From Candidatus Pyrohabitans jungbluthii (GTDB taxonomy: Archaea; Hydrothermarchaeota; Hydrothermarchaeia; Hydrothermarchaeales; BMS3B): a stretch of DNA of 64,000 nucleotides. The stretch spans positions 330,758 through 394,757 of the forward strand of contig MTMD02000008.1 in the NCBI GenBank assembly GCA_002010065.2, given 5' to 3'. Below are positions 56,423 through 64,000 of this stretch, piece after piece. The notes below the pieces were generated by a model. The model ran no database searches. It was not told where the DNA came from and saw nothing but the letters and a program-made list of their open reading frames with translations. Both the position numbers and the translations under genes were made by a program. How positions within the stretch are numbered: position 1 is the stretch's first letter; the number at the start of each line of letters is the position of its first letter.

Positions 56423-58471
56423 CTATAGGAATATCTTCGCAATCAGTGGCGCAAAGATCACAGCTATGGTGTTCATCACCTTAATCAGAGGGTTGATCGC
56501 CGGACCTGCGGTATCCTTATATGGATCGCCCACAGTGTCGCCAACTACCGCAGCTTTGTGGGCATCGCTTCCCTTTCCTCCATAATTACCGTCTTCAATA
56601 AATTTCTTTGCATTATCCCAGGCGCCGCCGCCGTTGGCCATGGTCAGGGCGAGAAGTAAGCCAGAGATTATGCTGCCTATCAGCAGGCCACCAAGGGCGA
56701 GCGGACCAAGGATAAAACCAACCGCCAGCGGGGAAAGCACCGCCAGCAGCGCGGGTAAGGACATCTTCTGCAGTGCTCCCTTGGTTACTATGTCAACGCA
56801 GCGCGCATAGTCGGGGTCTGCCTTGCCCTCCATTATGCCCGGAATCTCGCGGAACTGGCGGCGAACCTCTTCCACAACGCGGTAAGCAGTTGCGCCAACT
56901 GCCTCCATCGCCAAAGCGGCGAAGAGGAATGGTATAAGTCCACCTATAAGCAAGCCCGCCAGTACGCTGGGGTCTGCGATGTTAAATGCAAGGATACTTA
57001 CCTGCCTGCCAAGCTCCTCTGCAACCCTGCTTATCTCCTGCAGGTAAGCGGCGAACAGCGCGAGAGCAGCCAAGCCAGCGCTGCCTATTGCGTAGCCCTT
57101 GGTCACCGCCTTGGTGGTGTTGCCCACGGCGTCAAGGGCATCGGTGACCTTTCGCGTTTCCTCGGGCAGGTCTGCCATCTCTGCAATACCGCCCGCGTTG
57201 TCTGTGATTGGACCATAGCTGTCTAAGGAGACTATTATCCCTGTAACTGAGAGCATCGCCATTGCAGCTATGGCAACGCCGTATAAGCCAGCGAAGTGAT
57301 AGCTTGCAAGTATGCCAGCTACGACTACCAGCACGGGCAAGGTGGTGCTCTTATAACCGACTGCCAAACCAGTGATTATATTCGTCGCAGGCCCGGTGAC
57401 GCTCGCCTTGGCGATGCTCTGCACCGGGTGAAACTTGGTGGAGGTGAAGTACTCCGTTATGACTATTATGGCTATTGTTATACCAAGCCCCACAAGAGCA
57501 GTAAAGTACAGGTCAGCGGCGCTTACACTCATGCTCCCCTTTATGGGGTCCACGTATCTCAGCCCCTGTGAGAACAGCTTTGCGGTTATCACATAAAACA
57601 GTACCGCCGAAATCACGCCGCTTGCGATTGCACCCTTATAGAGAGTGCCCATTATGCTGCCATTGCTGTAGCGCACGAAGAACACGCCAAGTATCGAAGC
57701 AACAATCGCCGCCGCCCCAAGGGCGAGGGGGTATTCCACCGCCAGGCGGTCCTTAATAAGAACCCAGCCTAAGAGCATGGCGCCTATTGCAGTCACAGCA
57801 TAGGTCTCAAATAGGTCGGCACCCATGCCCGCGCAGTCGCCAACGTTGTCACCAACGTTGTCTGCGATAACCGCAGGATTGCGCGGGTCATCTTCGGGTA
57901 TACCAGCCTCAACCTTACCCACCAGGTCTGCGCCTACGTCCGCGGCTTTGGTATAAATTCCGCCGCCAATTCGCGCAAACAGGCTTATAAGCGAGCCGCC
58001 AAAGCCGAAGCCTACGATGAGGAAGGGATCGCGGAAGAGGTAGTAGAAGATGCTCACGCCAAGCAACCCTAGGCCAACGACGCACATGCCGGTGACGGCA
58101 CCGCCTCGAAATGCGAGGGGCAGAGCCTCGCTAATCCCGCGGCGGGCAGCATTGGCAACGCGCACGTTGGCGCGAACTGAGATGTTCATGCCTATGTAGC
58201 CGGCTAAGGCTGAGAAAGCTGCGCCCACCAGGAAGCTCACGCCCGTCTGCCAGTTTATGGCAGCGCTTAGTATTATGAACAGGAGTACCGCGAATATTGC
58301 TATTGTCTTATACTGGCGATTCAGGTATGCCATCGCTCCCTCCTGAATCGCCCTCGCAATCTTGCGCATCCTCTCGCTGCCCGCATCGTAGCGGAGCACG
58401 TCCTTAACAAGGTATCCTGCGAAAGCAAGAGCTAATAGGCTGACCGCAATTGAAGCAATAACTATCTCCAT
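56423..58471 (-). CDS. hppA: Membrane-bound proton-translocating pyrophosphatase, K+-independent type
   Basis: [39 protein letters not shown] (Lys marks K+-independent), [10 protein letters not shown]. Confidence 0.95.
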   Translation of the reverse strand: MEIVIASIAVSLLALAFAGYLVKDVLRYDAGSERMRKIARAIQEGAMAYLNRQYKTIAIFAVLLFIILSAAINWQTGVSFLVGAAFSALAGYIGMNISVRANVRVANAARRGISEALPLAFRGGAVTGMCVVGLGLLGVSIFYYLFRDPFLIVGFGFGGSLISLFARIGGGIYTKAADVGADLVGKVEAGIPEDDPRNPAVIADNVGDNVGDCAGMGADLFETYAVTAIGAMLLGWVLIKDRLAVEYPLALGAAAIVASILGVFFVRYSNGSIMGTLYKGAIASGVISAVLFYVITAKLFSQGLRYVDPIKGSMSVSAADLYFTALVGLGITIAIIVITEYFTSTKFHPVQSIAKASVTGPATNIITGLAVGYKSTTLPVLVVVAGILASYHFAGLYGVAIAAMAMLSVTGIIVSLDSYGPITDNAGGIAEMADLPEETRKVTDALDAVGNTTKAVTKGYAIGSAGLAALALFAAYLQEISRVAEELGRQVSILAFNIADPSVLAGLLIGGLIPFLFAALAMEAVGATAYRVVEEVRRQFREIPGIMEGKADPDYARCVDIVTKGALQKMSLPALLAVLSPLAVGFILGPLALGGLLIGSIISGLLLALTMANGGGAWDNAKKFIEDGNYGGKGSDAHKAAVVGDTVGDPYKDTAGPAINPLIKVMNTIAVIFAPLIAKIFL

Positions 58472-58484
58472 TTTCTTACCTCCT

Positions 58485-58868
58485 TCAGTAAACGTAACCC
58501 TCAACCGATAACTTCTGGCGCTCTCTCAAGAATATAACTGCCGAGCCTCTCTTTCTGACTTTCTCCTTTAAAACTTTATCGTTGGTGCAGATTATTGTAC
58601 CCCTGCCAGCGAGCTTCTCCAAGGCTTCGTCGGCGTTGCTCGCGTCGACGCTGACCACCTCGCAGCGCTGCTTCGCAAGGGTTATTGCAGAGCGAGCGAA
58701 CTTCGCAAGTTTGCCTCTGCCCTTCGACAAATGCTCCAGCTCGAGGAGCACCTGCTCCGGCACCGCATACCTAGGCTTCGTGGCCAGCAGCGCCTCTATC
58801 TCAGCGAAGATGTCAATGCGAAACTGGAAGGTGAGCAGCAGGAAGTTAGAGTCAAGCAGCACAAGCAT
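58485..58868 (-). CDS. PIN-domain protein (Utp24/Fcf1-like)
   Basis: LLDSNFL, EL, AD, TND..LK; conserved position after eIF2 gamma. Confidence 0.85.
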   Translation of the reverse strand: MLVLLDSNFLLLTFQFRIDIFAEIEALLATKPRYAVPEQVLLELEHLSKGRGKLAKFARSAITLAKQRCEVVSVDASNADEALEKLAGRGTIICTNDKVLKEKVRKRGSAVIFLRERQKLSVEGYVY

Positions 58869-58870
58869 GG

Positions 58871-60094
58871 CTACACAATTATTCCATAACCTATAAGCCG
58901 CCAGCGCGCCCCTATTCTGCGCGAAATCGCGACGCGATCGCCCTGCTGCGCACACACAGGCAGCTTGAGCACCATCTCCGCGACGTCGTCGCGAGCGGAG
59001 GTGACTATTCCGACGGTCGTAGCTGTGCCAACGTTGAGCATTAAAGGTTCAGAGGTCTTAATCTTCTCAACCTCGAGCTCTTCCTTTGCTCCGACAACGC
59101 GCTCCATTAAGTGAACTTCAAGGGTAAACTTGTTCCAGGTAGGTGGTAGCGTACCCGGCTTGCCCAGAACCATTCCCGAGAGTCCATCTGCCTTTGTCAG
59201 GCTGGGATCAAGCTTTGTGCCTATGCCAATGAGCCCGCCCGGCCTAACCTCATCCACGCGCTTTGCACCCACGTGCAGGGAGACAACCTCGCTGGTAAGC
59301 TCCTTCCACTTCGTCGCCCCGCCTTCTGTAATCCTGTATCCTGGCCTAATCTCAATCTCATCCCCTACCCTAAGAACGCCCTGAATAAGCGAACCTCCCA
59401 CGACGCCTCCGCGCAAATCTTCGGGCTTCGTTCCTGGCTTGTTGACGTCGAAGCTTCTCGCTATGTACATCCTCGCCGGCTTGGACTCGTCCCTCTTGGG
59501 CGTTGGTATGTGCTCTTCTATGGCACGGATTAACACGTCGATATTAGCCTTGTGCTGTGCCGCCACGGGTATTATGGGGGCGTTCTCAGCCACAGTACCC
59601 TTGACGAACTCCTTTATCTCTTGGTAGCTCTCGAGCACGCGCTCCTTGCTCACTATGTCTATCTTGTTCTGAGCTATTACTATATTCTTAATACCTATAA
59701 TCTCCAGTGCCATCAGGTGCTCTTTGGTCTGAGGCTGCGGGCAGGGTTCATTAGCGGCTATAACAAGAATGGCACCGTCCATCAAAGCAGCGCCGCTGAG
59801 CATTGTCGCCATGAGCGTCTCGTGCCCCGGGGAATCCACGAAGGAAACCTCACGCAGAAAGCGCGTCTCTCCACCGCATTTAGGGCAGGTCTTTTGTGTG
59901 GTGTAGTAATCGCATTTCTCGCATTTCCAGAAGCTTATATTCGCATAGCCCAGCCTTATCGAAATTCCCCGCTTTATCTCCTCGCTGTGCTCGTCGGTCC
60001 ACTTACCCGACAACGCCTGGGTAAGCGTGGTTTTTCCATGGTCCACATGCCCTACAAGACCTATGTTTATCTCTGACTGGACTATGCTTACCAA
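58871..60094 (-). CDS. eif2g: Translation initiation factor aIF2 gamma
   Basis: [34 protein letters not shown]. Confidence 0.97.
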   Translation of the reverse strand: MVSIVQSEINIGLVGHVDHGKTTLTQALSGKWTDEHSEEIKRGISIRLGYANISFWKCEKCDYYTTQKTCPKCGGETRFLREVSFVDSPGHETLMATMLSGAALMDGAILVIAANEPCPQPQTKEHLMALEIIGIKNIVIAQNKIDIVSKERVLESYQEIKEFVKGTVAENAPIIPVAAQHKANIDVLIRAIEEHIPTPKRDESKPARMYIARSFDVNKPGTKPEDLRGGVVGGSLIQGVLRVGDEIEIRPGYRITEGGATKWKELTSEVVSLHVGAKRVDEVRPGGLIGIGTKLDPSLTKADGLSGMVLGKPGTLPPTWNKFTLEVHLMERVVGAKEELEVEKIKTSEPLMLNVGTATTVGIVTSARDDVAEMVLKLPVCAQQGDRVAISRRIGARWRLIGYGIIV

Positions 60095-60100
60095 CCCCTT

Positions 60101-60508
60101 CTACTTTTTCTCCTCTCCGCCGCCGAGTAGTTCTTCTATGCCCTTCTTACCCTTCTCCACTACCTTGGCGTTAACCTGCACTATCTCAGGCACATACACA
60201 TTGCCGCGCACGCGTTTGCGGCGAATCTCACCCTTCTCCTTTGGGCGAAACCCTGGCCCTGAGCGCAGCAGAATGCGCGGCCTCACGCGTCCGTGAACGT
60301 CGCGGCGCATTGGAAAGCCATCCTTATCGCTCCCGCCAGTGAGCTGAATCTTGTACCCGGCCAAGCCAATAGCGGAGCCATCTATCACATCACCAATCTT
60401 GCGCCCAACTATGCTGCGCATCTTCGCTTCGTCGAGATCAATATTATAAGCTCTCCCGGTCTCGGGGTCTGAGAGCACCATCGTCGCAACTTTCTCCTTC
60501 TCAGCCAT
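60101..60508 (-). CDS. rps6e: 30S ribosomal protein S6e
   Basis: TGGSDKDGFPM, RRKRVRGN. Confidence 0.95.
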   Translation of the reverse strand: MAEKEKVATMVLSDPETGRAYNIDLDEAKMRSIVGRKIGDVIDGSAIGLAGYKIQLTGGSDKDGFPMRRDVHGRVRPRILLRSGPGFRPKEKGEIRRKRVRGNVYVPEIVQVNAKVVEKGKKGIEELLGGGEEKK

Positions 60509-60529
60509 CCTTATGCCTCCTGATAACAA

Positions 60530-62308
60530 TTATTCTCCTACGGCCCAGAAAGGATTCTCTCTGCGCCTTATCCTGAGGATTTCTTCAAAGGCAGAAGCTT
60601 CATCCTCGGTCAGGAAATCTCTGTACTTCTGGTTTATTAATTTTGCCTCGTTTTCAGGAATATCTGTAAAGAGGATGTCGCCCTCGTTTATGTTCCTTCC
60701 AACAACCGCGCCCTCGATGCTCATCGCCACCTGCATACCTTTCGTTGCCTGAGGTATGTTCTCGCCCTTATCCTGCAAACCCTTGACAACGCCCACACTC
60801 TTGCCCTCACTGTTCATTAACCTGAAACGCGGCTTCACCACGCCAGCGAGTACTTCAATTCCGACTATTGCCGGCTTGCTGCTCCTGAACACGTACCCAG
60901 GCAGAAGCTTAATCTTCGCCGGCCTTGTGAGCTTCTCGAACTCCTGGGCACGCTCCCGCGCGCGCTCCATCTCCACGTGCATCTCATAGTCTTCGATGAG
61001 CTTGTAAATGACGTTGTTTATTATTATAGGCACTCCCCTGTCCTGCGCTCTCGCCTCGGCGTCTCGGAGCACCTTCACATTAAAGCCCAAGATAACGCCC
61101 AGCAGGGGGTCTTCCTCGCGAACCGCCTCCGCCTCGAGCACGTCTCTACGAGAGATATCGCCCACGTCCGCATGCTTTACAGGTATTCCTTCGCGCTTAA
61201 GCATGTTGACGAGAGCCTCGAGGGAGCCCAGCGTGTCCGCCTTAACTACGATGCCCTTCTTATCTGTTGTTATCTTTATGTCCTCTATCTCGCTTTTAAC
61301 CTCCTGCACCGCCTGCTCTATACCATCGCCTGCCACCACTACAGGAGAACCGGCTATTGCGTCCTCCAGCTTGGGTGCTGCGATTTTAACGCCCGCGCTG
61401 GCGTGCACTTCCTTAACATGGTCGAAGCGATAGCGGGGATCGCGAATCTCGTCCAGTGGCTTGGGTTTGAGCAGGGAGCGTACCTTTGTGACTATTATAT
61501 CACCCCTCCCAGCGAGCACTATGGTATCGCCGCGCTTAATCTTCCCCTCATACACTATCACATCGATGGTGGTGCCGAGCCCGACCTCCTCCTTAACCTC
61601 GAGGATTGTGCCCTTGCCGGGCTTTTCAGTGTCTATGTCCAGCTTTCTGCCCAGGAACTTCTGCGCCAAGCCGGTGAGCACCATGAGAAGCTCAGGTATC
61701 CCTTCGCCTGTAACAGCACTCACCGGCACAATAGCAACCTGCCGCTCAAACTCGCGAACCCTGTCGTAACGCTCACACTGAAACCCCTCCTCGTAAAGCT
61801 TGCCCACTATCTCGTAAATCTTCGTATCCAGGGCAGCTTTGACAGCCTCGCTCTGCTTAGCATAGCTGTGAGCGAAGGGATAGTTCTCAAACACCTGCCA
61901 GCCATGGATTTTGTCAATCTTGTTCGCAGCCACAAGAAAAGGCGTGCGATATGTGCGCAGTATGTCCAGCGCCTCCTTGGTCTGGTCTTTGAAACCCTCG
62001 TTTACATCCACCACAAGAATAGCGAGGTCTGCAAGGGCACCGCCTCGCTTTCGCAGTGTGGTGAAAGCCTCATGCCCCGGTGTATCGATGAAGAGCAGCC
62101 CGGGTATGGTGAGCTTTATCTTGAGCTGCTTCAGCAAGCCTCCACATAGCTTCTCAATAACCTCTATGGGTATCTCTGTCGCACCTATGTGCTGGGTTAT
62201 GCCTCCAGCCTCGCGGGCGGCGACGGCACTACCCCTAATCTTGTCTAAAAGTGTTGTCTTGCCGTGGTCTACGTGACCCAGAACCGAAACTATTGGCTGG
62301 CGTATCAT
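60530..62308 (-). CDS. infB: Translation initiation factor aIF5B (IF-2)
   Basis: [26 protein letters not shown]. Confidence 0.97.
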   Translation of the reverse strand: MIRQPIVSVLGHVDHGKTTLLDKIRGSAVAAREAGGITQHIGATEIPIEVIEKLCGGLLKQLKIKLTIPGLLFIDTPGHEAFTTLRKRGGALADLAILVVDVNEGFKDQTKEALDILRTYRTPFLVAANKIDKIHGWQVFENYPFAHSYAKQSEAVKAALDTKIYEIVGKLYEEGFQCERYDRVREFERQVAIVPVSAVTGEGIPELLMVLTGLAQKFLGRKLDIDTEKPGKGTILEVKEEVGLGTTIDVIVYEGKIKRGDTIVLAGRGDIIVTKVRSLLKPKPLDEIRDPRYRFDHVKEVHASAGVKIAAPKLEDAIAGSPVVVAGDGIEQAVQEVKSEIEDIKITTDKKGIVVKADTLGSLEALVNMLKREGIPVKHADVGDISRRDVLEAEAVREEDPLLGVILGFNVKVLRDAEARAQDRGVPIIINNVIYKLIEDYEMHVEMERARERAQEFEKLTRPAKIKLLPGYVFRSSKPAIVGIEVLAGVVKPRFRLMNSEGKSVGVVKGLQDKGENIPQATKGMQVAMSIEGAVVGRNINEGDILFTDIPENEAKLINQKYRDFLTEDEASAFEEILRIRRRENPFWAVGE

Positions 62309-62364
62309 CTCTACCTCGCCTTACCTTAGCCTGCTGAAGCTTGTGCTCTTTTTATATAAAAAAG

Positions 62365-62817
62365 CTACTCCTCGTACACCCACTCCTCGCCTGCACGGGA
62401 GTAGCTCATAATTTCGCTCTCATCAAAAAACAGCGAAATCTCGCGCTCCGCTGAAGCAGGAGAGTCGCTGGCGTGCACCACATTGCGCCCAACCTCAAGA
62501 GCGAAGTCCCCGCGTATTGTGCCGGGAGCAGCCTCTCCCGGATTTGTAGCGCCTATCATGGTGCGCAGCACTTTAATAGCGTCCTTGCCCTCAACCACCA
62601 TGGCTACGACTGGGCCAGAGGTTATGTAGCTTATTAAGCTCGAGAAGAAGGGCTTATCGCGGTGCTCGCCGTAGTGCTGCTCCGCAAGCTTGCGCTCTAT
62701 CCTGAGCATCTTCATTGCGACGATTTTCAGCCCGCGCCTTTCAACGCGAGAGATAACCTCACCCACCAAGCCGCGAGCGACACCGTCCGGCTTAACCATC
62801 AGAAAGCTTCTCTCCAT
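62365..62817 (-). CDS. ndk: Nucleoside diphosphate kinase
   Basis: [22 protein letters not shown]. Confidence 0.97.
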   Translation of the reverse strand: MERSFLMVKPDGVARGLVGEVISRVERRGLKIVAMKMLRIERKLAEQHYGEHRDKPFFSSLISYITSGPVVAMVVEGKDAIKVLRTMIGATNPGEAAPGTIRGDFALEVGRNVVHASDSPASAEREISLFFDESEIMSYSRAGEEWVYEE

Positions 62818-62820
62818 GCT

Positions 62821-62991
62821 CTAACCCCTGCGAACCCACCTGACTTTGCGAGGGTTTCGCCCAAGCTTGAGCATGTTCTTCTCGCACTTGCTGGAGCAGA
62901 AGTAGAATATAGTTCCATCCTTCTTCACGAACATCTTGCCTGTGCCCGGCTCTATGCTGCGCTTGCAGAAGGAGCACTCTCTAGTTTCCAT
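62821..62991 (-). CDS. rpl24e: 50S ribosomal protein L24e (not in ORF track)
   Basis: Manual translation [34 protein letters not shown]. Confidence 0.95.
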   Translation of the reverse strand: METRECSFCKRSIEPGTGKMFVKKDGTIFYFCSSKCEKNMLKLGRNPRKVRWVRRG

Positions 62992-63001
62992 ACCATCTCA
63001 C

Positions 63002-63223
63002 CTACGGCACCTTTAGCTCACGCGCCTCGCGCTCAGTCTCCATGAGTATTATTATATCTCCCACGCGTGTTGGACCCTTGACGTTTCTGCGTATTATCCT
63101 TCCTTTATCCCTGCCTTCGAGGATGCGCACCTTAACCTGGAGAATCTCACCCGTCATCCCAGTCCTGCCTATTACTTCCACAACCTCTGCTGCAAAGCCA
63201 CTAGTTTCTTCTTCCTTCGCCAT
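63002..63223 (-). CDS. rps28e: 30S ribosomal protein S28e
   Basis: [21 protein letters not shown]. Confidence 0.96.
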   Translation of the reverse strand: MAKEEETSGFAAEVVEVIGRTGMTGEILQVKVRILEGRDKGRIIRRNVKGPTRVGDIIILMETEREARELKVP

Positions 63224-63228
63224 AGCTA

Positions 63229-63597
63229 TCACTTCTTGAGCGCCTTCACCTTCTCGGCTATCTCATCCACAAGCTCCTTGGCTTTGCCAGGTGTTACTAT
63301 GCACGCTGCGGAGGCAGCCACCTCTATTCCACAAGCCTTGCCCAACTCATGCTTGCTGGGCACATAAACGTAGGGTATGCCCTTCTCCTCGCAGAGAATG
63401 GGGAGGTGCGCGACTATCTCCTCGGGCTCAACATCCTCACTTATCACAACGAGCACGCTCTGCCCGCGTTCCGCGTACTTGGTAACCTCATTTGTTCCCT
63501 TGCCAACCTTGCCGGTGCTTCTCGCCAGCTCAATCGCCTCGTAAGCCTTATCAGCCAGCTCCTTAGGTGTTTCAAAGCGAACATACATTTTCGCCAT
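63229..63597 (-). CDS. rpl7ae: 50S ribosomal protein L7Ae
   Basis: [26 protein letters not shown]. Confidence 0.97.
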   Translation of the reverse strand: MAKMYVRFETPKELADKAYEAIELARSTGKVGKGTNEVTKYAERGQSVLVVISEDVEPEEIVAHLPILCEEKGIPYVYVPSKHELGKACGIEVAASAACIVTPGKAKELVDEIAEKVKALKK

Positions 63598-63935
63598 TCA
63601 TCTACCTCCTGTCATCGGTATCATGACAACTCAGCCATGGTAGGTTAACATCTATAAAAAGTTTTCCCCGTGAAGGGTGACGTAAATTCACCCTCATCCT
63701 TTTTAAAGGTTACTGTGGAATCGGAAAAACGCTAGGGGTTAATATGGAAGTAGGCTGAATGGCGGGTGGTTAAGAGTAGAGTATTATACTTAAGTGTCAA
63801 CGAAAATTTGTGGGTAGAGAGAGGGAGCTGAAGTTTCTCGATGAGGCGTATAATTTGGAATAACCCAGATGCACTAAAACGCACTGACGTGAACCTAATA
63901 TCAAGATGTAAAATCCCATATCGTCTAAATTATGA

Positions 63936-64000
63936 TTAAGCAGACCTTCTTAACATATTTTCCACCAGTTCGAGCAGCTCTTCCTTATCGAAGGGTTTGT
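63936..64000 (-). CDS. C-terminus of a response regulator receiver (partial)
   Basis: KPFDKEELLELVENMLRRSA* at the window edge. Confidence 0.7.
   Translation of the reverse strand, partial: KPFDKEELLELVENMLRRSA

Noticed and set aside
60977-62149. 390-aa ORF on the plus strand, and similar long ORFs such as 27660-28445 and 39562-40236
   Set aside because: These are antisense shadows of well-supported genes (infB, ileS, cheA) with no motifs of their own.
62792-62977. 61-aa ORF from the track
   Set aside because: Wrong frame; the real gene is rpl24e at 62821-62991.

Overview
Archaeal (euryarchaeal-type) chromosomal segment. Hydrogenase maturation (hypF), F420 synthesis (cofC), a pterin-related gene, pycB and archaellum genes fit an anaerobic lineage such as Hydrothermarchaeota; this placement is inference only. 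1-31.7 kb holds housekeeping, repair and replication genes (OGG-like glycosylase, ABC1 kinase, PfkB, hypF, pycB, nurA-herA, RPA, mcm, smc-scpA, htrA, cofC, ileS, cupin-galU). 31.7-53.1 kb is a visibly more AT-rich motility and signalling region: four archaellins, ArlCDE/F/G-like genes, cheA/B/C/D/R/Y, a shortened CheF-like protein, a CheC-V4R-wHTH fusion, a MEDS-PadR regulator, PAS kinases, receivers, a KaiC-like ATPase and several tiny Zn-finger ORFs. 53.2-64 kb is the conserved rpl7ae-ndk-infB-rps6e-eIF2g-rpoE-rps24e-rps27ae superoperon, with a membrane pyrophosphatase in the slot usually held by soluble ppa. The main discovery is a palindrome, TTTCG-N5-CGAAA, found by eye 13 times. It usually sits exactly 7 nt upstream of a TATA box at the promoters of the motility region, suggesting an undescribed archaellum/chemotaxis activator regulon. 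No rRNA, tRNA, CRISPR or transposase was recognised.
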